Assembly (NCBI GenBank): GCA_905178155.1
Contig: CAJINV010000005.1
Span: forward strand, 2,817,804-2,881,803
Direction of reading: 5' to 3'
Source of the DNA: Amoebophrya sp. A120
Lineage: Eukaryota; Protista; Dinoflagellata
Length of the DNA stretch: 64,000 nt
Under the pieces are notes generated by a model. The model saw nothing but the letters and a program-made list of their open reading frames with translations, was not told where the DNA came from and ran no database searches. The position numbers and the translations under genes were made by a program. Positions 39,309-50,783 of the stretch are shown in pieces. Every line of letters starts with the position of its first letter. Positions within the stretch are counted from its first letter, which is position 1.

Positions 39309-41305
39309 ATGCTTTTCTTTTCCCGGTGCCTGCGCAACTTCCAGCAGAAGGATCCGTACAGTATTCTCGGCGTGCCCCGGTCGGCAACCACCGAGGAGTT
39401 GAGGAAGAAGTATCTCGAGTTCGCGAAAAAGTACCACCCCGACCGGAACAAGGACAACCCCGAAGCGGTGCACAAATTCAAGGAAATCCAGGAAGCCTAC
39501 GAATCCATCAAGGACGGGAGCTATGAGGAAAGTCAGCGAAGGCAGCCGCCGCCGGGGGCGGACTACTACACGTGGCAAGAGTACCAGCGGCGAAACCAGA
39601 GCGGCCCGGCGGACTCCTCCGCGGAATACGCGCGGAGACGTGCGTACGGTGCGGGGAATTACCCCAACGACCCTCGGAACAATCCAAATAACCCGGGCGG
39701 CACCCACGCGGACTGGCGGGTGCGGATGCAGATGGAGCAGCAAAGGAGGTTGCAGGAGGAAATGTGGCGCAGGCAGCGCATGAACAACATGTGGGGCCGG
39801 AGCTGGTTTAACCGGGGAGGCTCTCAGTTTAACAGCCCGGGAGCAGGTGGATACGGAACGCAGGACGAATTCAACAACCAGCAAAACCCGCAGGAAATGC
39901 CGACGGACCCGCGGGTCGTTGACCGCATGTTTGTGTTGTGGCCCGTCGCGTTCTATCAAATGTAAGAATGTCTGGGTCTGGAAGGGTCATGCTGTTTTTG
40001 CATGACGCAGAAGGTCTGGCATGGAAGCTCTAGCATCGCAGGTTTCGAGAAGCTTCCGCAATGCCGAATCCGCATGAGAAATCCCCACTTTGGTGACAGA
40101 AAGTGGGCAGCATTTGCTACCTATGCATGGGAGATTTTTCTGTGTTCTGAAATGCGCATCGCAAGTTTGTCTTCTTCCAGACATCCAGGGATATTTGCAA
40201 TACATACGTTCATCATCCTGCTCCTCCTCCGTGGCACCCCCGGCCAGAAGATTTTCATCGACATATCAAATGTAAAGAAGAAACGTCCCCCGACTCAGCC
40301 GTTATTAAGTTGGAAGTCAGCAACACAAATCCAGAAGTTTTTGTTTTAGAAGTCACGCATGACAATAGTGCAGTTTAATAGCATGCAATGGCGGCCCCAT
40401 AAGCAATCCATCTCCTTATCCTGTTTACAGCATTACAAATTCCAAAACGCGATGGGAAATGCCGGCCATGATGATGATCGGGATGCGCATTACAAATGTT
40501 CCAGCAGCGGCAAAGCTGTATCACGGGGGGGAAGGACGTTTTTGCTCAGGATACGACGAAAAAGGCCGGGCGGTTTCCTTCGATGGCTACGCATATCAAA
40601 TGTAAATATGTCATCTACGTCTGGAAGACGAAAGCTAAGCAAACTTACCCGTGACGCAGATGCAGCTCCGGCATCTGCAAGGGGATCTAAAATGCACACA
40701 GAGCATTGAAAGTTTTCTGCGAACAAGGATCTTATCGATCCATGACTAAAAATCGTAATCAGCGCGTTGAGATCAAATGCCCTCTCGTCCTGGTCCTGGA
40801 AACAAAAATCGCACAGCTTCTGCTGGCTAAGCAACACAGATTTTTGATGAATTTCCAGTATCTAGTAACTGCATCCCAGGTTTATTGCATTCTTCCAGAC
40901 GCAAGCTGCATGTTTGCAATGCATAACGCGCAACCCACATTTCATCCGGAACTGGATGTGGAGCTCGCGCCGAATGTGCAGGAAAAATTGAGGAAGGAAC
41001 AGAAAGCGCGGCTGGCAAACATCGAGGAGGACATGCTGATGGCCGCAAATAGTACCTCCTCACGGGGGCGGGCCGGGGCTTTCATGCCTTCAACATATTC
41101 GCGAGGCATTATGGGTGCGCACTACGATGAGACCCCGAGGCTGGGGATGCATTCGAATCCCAGCAGCAATCAGCCACTCAGTAGAACGAGGTCTGGCACT
41201 GAAAATAAACACGGAAGCAAAAATAATAACAAATCTTCACAGAGAACATCTACAGATGCGGAATCGAGAACACATTTTGACATTGAAATTGAGAAAAGAT
41301 CATGA
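39309..41305 (+). CDS. J-domain (DnaJ/Hsp40 type III) protein with a transmembrane segment; three introner introns
   Basis: J-domain DPYSILGV...LRKKYLEFAKKYHPDRN...FKEIQEAY. Approximate exons: 39309-39953, 40212-40263, 40559-40593, 40931-41305. The TM segment MFVLWPVAF|IILLLLR spans an intron. Confidence 0.88.
39954..40206. mobile_element. Introner, family A (one TIR diverged)
   Basis: Ends tatcaaatgtaagaatgtctgggtctggaag...cttccagac...tacata; DR cgttc. Confidence 0.9.
40264..40553. mobile_element. Diverged family A-like introner
   Basis: Ends tatcaaatgtaaag...tttttgctcaggata; DR cgaca/cgacg; join IFID|EKGR. Confidence 0.82.
40594..40925. mobile_element. Diverged family A-like introner
   Basis: Ends tatcaaatgtaaat...gtctggaag and cttccagac...tgcaatgcata; DR acgca/acgcg; join FDGYA|QPTF. 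Confidence 0.85.
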
Positions 41306-41670
41306 ATTTGGACAAGCATGAGAAACCTGACGAAATACAACCAACAGAAAGCTGCAACATCTTGATACATAAATATCTAATATGAATATCCGACGACACA
41401 CACCATCTGTCATAATCTTAATCTTTATCTTTATCTTAACCAATCACCATCTCATTTTCACAAAATTATTCTTCATGGATCTTCCGATGTTCATGTTGGT
41501 TTTCATGTGTGAGGATGGACATAATGATTATAGATCCATCATATTTTGAATCTCCATCCATGACAAACATGATATGAGAGAATGGATATGGATCTGGATA
41601 TGGATCTGATTCCAAGAATCCGATGAATGTGGATCGAAATAATGTTTAACATCGTCAGAGATTTATATAA

Positions 41671-42074
41671 GCAATGCGACTCGCATTGACTCGCAAACCG
41701 GTCGCGTTTTGTCGCATTGCTCGCATTGCTCGCATTGCTCGCAAATCGCGAGGGTCGGCCAGCAGCCAGGTGCGCGGCAATGAAATTCGCACCATACCGG
41801 CGTTATTCGCGAACTACACGACGGCGCACTGGCCTAGGACAACGAACACACACCCACGCCAGCTTCGCCGCCTGCTAGAACTAGGTAGGTAGGCTATAGA
41901 TAGCGATAGGATTAGGGCTACGACCTCGAGGTAGGGTCTGAGGGTTAGCACTCGCAGAAGAAGTTGCGAGAAGTACTCGCAAGACCTGCGACAGATCCGC
42001 GCGCTCGCAACTCGCAAGGCCTCGGATCGCTGTCGCATTGCTCGCATTGCTCGCAAATCGCGGCCGGAAAATCC
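41671..42074. mobile_element. 404-bp insertion flanked by TTATATAA direct repeats, no TIR
   Basis: ttatataa at 41663-70 and 42075-82. GC-richer than its flanks. (tcgcattgc)n arrays near both ends in direct orientation. Confidence 0.7.
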
Positions 42075-42865
42075 TTATATAATTGACTGCATCGTTATTC
42101 GATTCATTAATTGTTTTCTTTCTTTCTGCCTGGTCATCATGTCCTGGCATGATTCAAATTGTCGTTTGGGTGTGGTCCGTCGTTCTCATCCTCTTGTCAT
42201 TCTGTCAAAAATAGTTTGGATTCGGATTTCGGTGGATATCTATGATAAGTTGAATAATATTCTCGATTTGGTATCGGAATTCAGAATTTCATTGGTTTGA
42301 TTGTCGGAATATAAAATAATCCATTTGGGTTTTGATTCATTAGGATATTTCTATTGAATCCAGATTTTGTGTGGTTATTGTGTTGCCACATTGAACTTGT
42401 GAATGGTGAAGCTGAAAAACAATCTGTCAGTTTTTTCTGTGACAAAATGCTTTTTCGAGAAGCAACGATGAGAACACATGAGAAAAGAAAAATCTCGAAT
42501 GAAATAATTCTGAACATTTTCTGAAATTGTCGGCAGTCTTTTGGGAATATGAATCAATGGAAATTGGCCGATTTATGAATTCCTTCATGTGTTCATATGG
42601 TCGGTCCAACAATTATTCTATCATCGGAGATGCATATCATCTGAGAATATATCGATATATTTTGTTTTCTTTCTCGATAAATATTTTATATATTCTATCG
42701 AAAAACTTAAAAATTCATTGGAATTGATAAATTATCTCGGAAATGAATATGGGAATTAGGAAAAAGAAAAATTTGAATCTTTGTCTTAATCTAAAATTTG
42801 AATCTTTATTTAGAGCTTGGACACCCGTTAGAATAACAGCGCGCGGATATTGTGTGGATTTGGGT

Positions 42866-43135
42866 CCCTGGTGGCCCGCCCCTGGTGGTCCGCCCCTGGT
42901 TGGCCCGCCCCTGGCTGGCCCGCCCCTGGTTGGCCCGCCCCTGGTTGGCCCACCCCTGGTTGCCCCACCGACCCCTGGCCCAACCCTGGCCGCCCACCCT
43001 CCCTTGGCCCTCCTCTGGCCCACCCCTGCCCCACCGACCCCTGGCCCGCCCTCCCCTGGCTCACCCCCCCCTGCCCCACCGACCCCTGGCCCACCCCGGG
43101 CCCACCCTCCCCTGGCCCACCCCTGTGGCCCCTCC
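42866..43135 (+). repeat. C-rich ~15-bp subterminal repeat array (cccctggttggcccg-like)
   Basis: Visible tandem array; similar motif at ~46440-46500. Confidence 0.85.
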
Positions 43136-43684
43136 CCCAGTCCCCCCCCAAGCCCTTCCCCGACCGGGGCCATAGCAGCCTGGAAGGCCCCCCCCGGAGG
43201 TTCCAGGGCACGGAGGCCCGCCAGCTCCCAAAGTGGACGGACGCGCCTTTGATGATCGCCGTGGATGGGCCATAGCAGCCTGATAAAGCCCCCCGAGGGC
43301 ATTTGGCAAGGCGCCAATCCCGATCGGATTCTCGATCATGCGGAAAACGCCCGGGCGGTTTCCACTTCTAAAAGCCCTCTAATTTTTCCGGTTTTATCGA
43401 AAAAGCCTCACTCCGATTTGCCCACGCAAGGATCAAGCGGAAGGATGGAGTCGGAGAAGCAACCCAAGCTGAAAGCGAAAGAGACGACGCAAGGGGAGCA
43501 GCATCCATAGAGGACAAGGCAAGCCCAAGAAAGGTAGGCGGTGGAGGAGAGGATGGGGCAGAACGAGGCAGCACCACAATGGAACTCGCATCGGAATGCT
43601 GCAAACATTTTCCGCGACATTCCGATGCGACCATGGAGGTGGCGCTACTTCGCGGTCGCGCGGAGCGACCTTTTAAAATCTATC

Positions 43685-43905
43685 CTCTAATCCTGGCCTC
43701 TAAAATTGTCCTCTAAAAGTGGCCTCTAAAAGTGGCCTCTAAAGTGCGTCTCTAAAACGCTCCCCTGAAATGCGTCTCTAAAACGCGCCTCTAAAACGCG
43801 TCTCTAAAACGCGTCTCTAATTTGCCCTTCTAAAAAGCCCTTTAAAATCCCCTTTAATTTCCCCTCTAAAATGCGCCTCTAATCTGTCCTCTAAAATTCC
43901 TCTAA
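43685..43905 (+). repeat. CTCTAAAA array with ~13-15-bp period
   Basis: More than 12 copies of ctctaa(aa). Confidence 0.85.
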
Positions 43906-46900
43906 TTCTTTCGCCCGCCCGACCATTTTCGGATCAGGCAGCCGGCCCGAGGCATTTTCCGCTAGTAAAATTTTTTTAAAATGTCACTAATTCCGGGAAT
44001 CGCGGGCCGGCTGGCTGGGTGCGGCACCCTTTGGGCACGCGCCGCATTCGGGGAGGGGGGCGCGGCATAGTGTGGCGCCCCCGCTTTTTGTTTTCCCGGG
44101 TCGGTGCCGTAAGCTTCCGGGCCGTCTCCCCTGGTTGTGTGCTCTCCCCCGTCCTCTTGGGGATGGGGGCCGCTTATCGTTGGGCCTTTTCGCGCGCGCG
44201 GCGCCTTTGCTTTTGGTGGTGGCCTGCCCTCGGGCGCTCTTTTCCCTTACCTCAGGGAATGCCTCGGGTCGGGCCCTTGCCCGGGCCTTCGGTTTTTCTT
44301 TGTCCGGTATCTTTGCAAGGGAGGGGGGTCCTGTGGTGTGGTTTGGCACACAGGGGCTGCTCCTCGTGGCCATGGCTCAAATCCACCGGGGCCCGGCGCC
44401 TTTGCATTTATGGGGGGCAGCGCGCAGCGGGCCCGGCTCTGGAAATCAGGCAGGCGCGAGGCCGGGGCTTTTTGGTCTTTCAAACACCACCCCGATCCCG
44501 GGCGGCTAATGAAGAGGGTAATCCCGGCGGTAATTTCCGGGGTTAATCTGACCACAACGAAATCGGGAAGGTTTCGTTGGTTTTGAAATTAGACCAAAAA
44601 TTAGACTACAGATTAGACTATAAATTAGACCACAAATTACCCCAAAAACCCAAGGAATTAACCTGCCCCCGGGGGGCAGTCACTCCGCCAGAGCATTGGG
44701 TTTTCAGTTGGCGCCATTTGCCACCACTTGTCCTGCTTTTTCTCGGCAGGCCGCCCGCCCGCAGTTCCCGCCCGCCCGTGGCCTTTGCGTCTTTGAATGG
44801 ATTCCCCCCGACCGGTGCCTTTCCCAATTTGCCCCGAAGATTGAAGGGGTGGCGCTCTGGAAACCCACGAACAACAGGCCCGCCGGGGTCGCGTTCCGGC
44901 CTCCGTTGTGATTTGGTGGAGGCCCCCCGCGCGCAGGCTTCGCAGGCTCCTGGGCCTTTCTTCGGTGCCGGGGCACCCTGTGGCGCCTTTCCCGGCGCGC
45001 GCCCGCCTCCCCTTTAGGGGGGCGCGGGGGGGGTGCCTGGAGGGCGGCGCCCGCGATGGCTATGCGCCCCCGGAAGTATGGTGGCACCCCCGGCGCGTTT
45101 TCTAGTCGGGCCCCTCTTGCGCCTGCCCTCCTTCGCTTTGGGGATTAGCCAAACTTCAGCCAGGAATTAACGAAATAGCTTGCCACGGGCCGGCTGCCTG
45201 ATTCGGACTTCTAAAAGTCCTCTAAAGTGGCCGGGTAGGCGAAATCCCATTGAAAATCGCCTGTTTGGCGATTTTAGAAGATGGAATAGAAGAATCCGGG
45301 ACACCAAAACCGGAAGCCGAACCGGAAGATTCTTCCGGTTCCGGCTCACGGGAAGAACATGGAAGACCACACGCTCAAGACATTTGTTTGTGAGATGGAA
45401 ATGATGTTCATGTTCGAAAGCGAGAACATCGTCTTCCGCTCAGCGACAAACAAACACTTCTTTCTTCGGGATGCGAGGAGGCGGCGTGCGCGGAACACGT
45501 GCCGCTTCGCATCTGTGTGGTGCAGGCTGCTTCCCCATCTATGACCCAAGCGCCTTGCCACCTATGCAACCCCAAAGCTACGCCAATCCACGAAATAACA
45601 ACCAAGATACTTTTCAACCTGGTGAAACCCTTTGAAGCGGAAACCAACCCAAATTTTTAAATTTTAAATCACATCGCAGAGCGCCGGGGCGCAAGGAAAC
45701 ACCGACCAACCGCCCGGCCTCCGAAGCAAAATAGCCCGGGGATCTTGGGCAGGGCGCGACGGGGCGCCCTGCCACTCGTCTGGAACGAGAATCACCGCGG
45801 CAAGACGGAGAGGGCGCCCGGAATTTTTGAAATCCCGGAAATTTTAGCGAGCTTTTAGAGGCAAAATCCGCCCGGGGTGTCTCCGCATGATCTCGATTCG
45901 CGGACTCGGCGGAGGGGGTCCGCGGATTTGTAAAAAGGGGGTCCGCGGATTTCAAATTGGCGGGCTCACGGATTTGTCGCGGATTTGTACCAAAAAATCC
46001 GCGCCCGCACGCTATGGTGGATTTTTTGGGTCAGGAAACGGGCGCCACAAATCGTGCCTGTCCAACAAATCCGCGGGACCTTTTTTTTGGCCAGTCCGCG
46101 AACATTTTTTTGCCTCCTTGAAGAAGGAGTCCCAAGACGGAGGCCTGGCCAGGAAATCCTGTCCAACGAACCTTCCAGGGCTGAAGGCTCCTGGCCACTG
46201 CTACAGGTGAGTGGGAGCCCTTCAGGACAGGGGACTCCCACCAACTCCGCAGTCTTGGGAGTCTGTCCCCGGCACCTGGCCTCCATGCCAGACAGACTCG
46301 CAAGGCCAAGGCGGAGGCGTGATTCCCAAGGCTGCAACGAAAAAATGGGCCGACCACCCACGAGCAATCGGCCAACATGCATGGGGCCAGGCCAGGCGTT
46401 TACCGGGGTCGGCCGCGATCAGGGGTCGGAACGGGGTCCCCACCCCCCCCCGCCCCTGGCCGACCCTCCCCTGGCCCATCCCCGGCCCACCCCTGGCCTT
46501 GGGCGGGGGGCTGGGGGTCGGCAAGAGAGATCGACCGCGACGAGAGAAAAACTGTCACACATTTTCCATTTGAGTCATAATATCCACACAATATCCGCGG
46601 CCGGGATTTCTAACTACCATCCAAGCCATAAATCTTTATCAATTTGATATTTTTGAAGATTCTTAAAAAATATCCATAATATATAATTCGACCCATCCTC
46701 ACATAGAGATGAAATAAATATATTCGGAAGAGATCATTATGAAAATTTGGAAGAAGAATTTTTCAGATTCATTCCCATTTTCGACACAATTGAATTTTCT
46801 ATTTCAATAATCTCATTCCGAATGAATAAATTCATTTCGATCGATGGATGGACAGAGAGATTTGAGGACACGACCTATCCTATGCATGTTCTTTATTCTT

Positions 46901-48266
46901 TTCAATCATTTTTTTTTGTAGATCCGACCACCCGATGGGACCTATATGTCACTCATCCATCAACATCCTATTCCCATGCATGAAATCCAAAAAATTAATT
47001 GAAATATCATCCTAATCGATGGATCACATGATGAAGAAGAAGATTCATGAATTCATCCAATTAAAAAAAAAATTCTTTATCTCTTCATCCGAATTCCATC
47101 ACAATTTCGAGGACTAGAGATATGATATTTATCAGGATCATTTTCACAAGAAATTCACCCAACACATTCATACATAAATCTTTTCAGAGAATTCATATGA
47201 CCTCAAATCGATTCGTTCGATGGTGATGAGAATTCTGTCTTGGAGAAGATAGAACTACAACTAGAGGATCCAAAAAAAAATTACGAAATTATTCAAAAAG
47301 AAAAACTTAAAATCTGGAATTCATGTGATTCATTCGAAAAGAATTTGATCGTGGGAACGAATCATATTTGTTTTCGTTGTATTGAATGATAGTTATGATT
47401 TGGGAAGCCCAGGCCTCCACGAGCGAACATCTCTAAAAAAATTTACCTGAGAGAAACTACAGAATACGTACCTTGTGACGAGCGGCCACGAAAAAAAGAT
47501 CGAACCTACAGAATAAATCTGATTCTGAACAAGAGCAATACCAACTGCATGCGAGTGCAAAGCTGTTGGGGAGACGGGGCATTTTTGCATGTTTTACCCT
47601 ACACCATGCTCGTTTTTTTTTTCGCAATTTATTCGTCTGATTCGGTTCTTCTAGCAAATCGACATCCTACAGAGACTTATGCATCATACAAACTAACACA
47701 TGACGTCGTTCGTGGCTCAGCTTTGTTTTTTGCAAAGTCAAAACTTACCATGATACGTAAAAAGTGCGCGAATTATTGTACAGATTCTTCATGTTCATGC
47801 AGAGGTAGCTACAGATAGCAAGTAGTCGTAATCTCAATTCTTCACGAATAGTTCTTACCTATGTCCGAAATTAAGCTTGTTATTTTTACAGAATTTTATA
47901 ATCGAAGTCGAGGAGTGCATAGCCGTTGCTGATGTTTTCAGGAATTTTAAGGAATTTCTTTCTTTTTGGGTAATGATATCATATATTATTTGCATTTGTT
48001 CAGGCTGCCGAATCTAAGTAAGTAAATCTTCTGTGTGTGTCTTGTAGCACGCTACTACCAAATCCAAATTTACCGCTGGCGCTTGCTCTGATGCTATCGG
48101 CGTTCGCGAATCACCACCCGGAGGAAGAATCACCTCTGGAACAAGTAGGCGAACTTCCAGACGAACGATCTACCGAACTTGCGGCTGTCGACGTCGCGCC
48201 CGCTCCTTTTGTTCATGTTGGTGTTCTTTGACGTCAGCAACAGGACGAGAAGAGCGATCGGCTCGA

Positions 48267-49677
48267 TTACACGGGCAGTGCAAACACAATACGTGCGCGC
48301 TTAAGGGGTCTATCAGGAAGAAGGTTTTCTCGGCAGGTACCAGTAGTACTCGTTGCGGCATGTTGACTGTTGTCCTGAAGTGGATTTCCGCCGTTCCCGT
48401 TTATTCCGTTTTGCGAGTCATTGTACTGTTGTTTCCCAAATTCAGCCGCTTTTTTGCCGAAACCCAGTTCCTTCTTCTCCTTGCACCAGTTGTGCTTTTT
48501 GTTCCAGTATTGCTCTTCGCTACTCGCAGCAGCAACTGCAACACCATCGACTATTTGTATATCATCTCTCGCCGCAAGATCGTGCGCAATCAGCTCGCGC
48601 AAGACCTTTCCGCGATGCAGATCCAGGTCTGTGTCCCTTGTATAAAGGCCTTGCATTAGGACACCCATGCTGTTCTGCAATCTCTTATAGACCTCCTCGG
48701 CCTGGATCTTTATCCTGTCGGCCTGTGAGGGGTGCACTTTGTCCGGATGGAACCATCTAGCGCGATCCGTTCTCATGTACCTTACCAGATCGTCCACAAG
48801 CTGCTTAGTTTCCTTCTGCAACTGTTCCGCAAACCGAAAATCAGCACGTCTCTTCTCGAGCAGACCAGCACCCGGGAACAAGCAGCGTTTCCGTTTCATG
48901 TTCGAGCCTCCTGCTTGTGGTAGCGCGGTCTGTGCGCCGACGTCGCTACTTGTGCAGCAGCCGCCGTCGCCCAACATGCAGTGCTTGATTTCGTCCCGCA
49001 TCGCCTTCAGCACAGGGAATTTCGGACCATGTTCCGTGTGTTCCAGCAGTCTGTTTGTTTTATGTGGGGCGATTTTTGCATGTTCAGCAGTTTGAATGAT
49101 AGCTTCTATGATTCGAAGTTGTGAACTGAAGATCGCAATCATCTGAAGCTGACAGGAACCGTGATGGAGTTAGCAGTACTATAGCTATACTACAAAAAAC
49201 ACTCTAATAGTACCTCGTCTGAATCGGATAATCCAAGAGTTCGCAGGCGTGTTGCACCGCAAGTTCGGACCGGATGTATTTTTCGATTGAGATTTTTTCC
49301 GTTGCTTCGCACGAAACACGCGCTGGCCCCAAAGCTTTTGAAAGGATAGTGCGGACCCTGCTGACCTCCTGCAGCGCGCGCTCCTGGTGTGTCTCGGCCT
49401 CCTGGTGCTTGTTTGCGGGATCCACTCCCCCCTGCAGCCAGGTCAACTGCATGTCTTGCGTCTGGATTTTCGCGGAATTTTTGTCGAGCGCCTCTGCGCG
49501 CTCAGCATCAGTGATTGTAGTTCCAGATCTTGTAAGTGCGGGTCGTACACCGCGCAGCGCTGCACGAGTGCTGACGGTATGAAGGTGAAAGGAAAAAACG
49601 ACACCTGCTGTCACCAGGGCAAAAGCTTTCGCCAGGTACAGGCGGTGGAGAGAATTTGTTCTTCGGCCCCCACGCAT
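48267..49677 (-). CDS. Unknown protein with an N-terminal hydrophobic segment; probable 76-nt non-canonical intron
   Basis: ORFs 49677-49204 and 49142-48267 join in frame (YPIQ|MIAIF) by deleting between two ttcaga copies (+ strand 49142-47 and 49218-23). The 3' end is uncertain. Confidence 0.55.
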
Positions 49678-50783
49678 TTTATAATTTTCGGGCTGAGAAA
49701 AAATTCTTTTTCTGTTTGTGATCAAGATAAGATGTTAACACCTACGATGAATATTCTTACAATTTTCTATTTGAGGCCGATACCAATATCATGAGCAAAT
49801 GGGTCAAAATATCGACAGAGTTGTAAAGGGATTTTTTATTTCAATGAATCTTACAAGCGTAAGGCAAAATAAAGGGAAAAATTAGTAGATTTTCCTATTT
49901 CAATGAATTATCTTACAAGCGAAAGGCAAAAGTAAAGCAAGGAGCAAAAAGCTGAAATTAGTAAATTTTGTTTCCAGATACTAAAATTTTGGAAGATGAA
50001 GATTTAGAGCGAAAGACGAGCAGAAGGAGTTATATGATCTGTCTACGACTGTTATTGCTGTGTAAAAATGGAAATGCACGTCCTGCTGTCTCGAGTCGCC
50101 TAGTACGCCTCCTTCATGCAAGTCACATCTTTAGACGAGACATTTGTAGAGATCCGTTAACAAGCGGAAGATCATGGCCTGTCCTCCCTCATAATGCGCT
50201 AAAAAATTGAAGTGAATATGTAATCTACCTAGGAGGACGGCTTCACTTTGACGTAACTAATTGGTCCTATGAGATCTTCCGGATCGGACTATGGCTATGG
50301 CGCAACGTGACTGACTACAGGTGTTGGGAAAACATTAAAATTGAAATTCTGGATCTTCATCTCATCTTGCCAAGAATAAGATCCGCCATACTTAAGTAGG
50401 TATTGGTATACCTGTACACATTGAAATCGATTGCAGTGTTTTTTTCCACCTACGGCATTGTACCTCGTATCTGTAAAAGGCCAGGCACAGCTGCTTAGAT
50501 CCAGATCGATTAGAGTACCTAGTACTGGCTGCAAAATACATGATCCTTCCGAATAATGGTAGGCTGACACCTAGCAAAAATGTAGTTCTACTTTTATGCT
50601 CCTGCCGAGACAGGTACATGCAGGGTCACGCTTCGGTTTTTTCGAACAGTGGTAGTACTACTACAGAATCGCCACCCCCTGCTTTATCTTGACAAGGAGG
50701 GCGAGACCTCAACGCCTGGCGATGCCGTTTTGTGTGCTTTGCCTTTGGAAAAAGTTTGTGCTGCAAAAAAAACGCTCTTCCTA

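Larger units (their letters stand above)
42810..46631. mobile_element. 3.8-kb non-autonomous TIR element, 8-bp TSD ATCTTTAT, related to the 1.2-kb elements
   Basis: Ends ttagagcttggacacccgttagaa...gcggatattgtgtggat and atccacacaatatccgc...ttctaactaccatccaagccataa. TSD at 42802-09 and 46632-39. C-rich subterminal repeats. Confidence 0.88.
41366..47398. other. AT-rich non-coding tract hosting two insertions; possibly an older outer mobile element
   Basis: Abrupt AT-rich composition on both sides of the 3.8-kb element. Weak IR cataaatatc/gatagttatg at the edges. No TSD found. Confidence 0.35.

Noticed and set aside
38963-39325. Possible introner upstream of the J-domain exon (weak IR, cccgg repeat)
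   Set aside because: It lacks TA...TA ends, and the ATG at 39309 already gives a sensible N-terminus.
42715-43317. Pro-rich or Gly-rich collagen/extensin-like ORFs
   Set aside because: These are translations of the subterminal C-rich repeat array of a transposon.
49837-49969. ~59-bp imperfect tandem duplication upstream of a gene
   Set aside because: Two AT-rich copies with no further structure; an ordinary local duplication.
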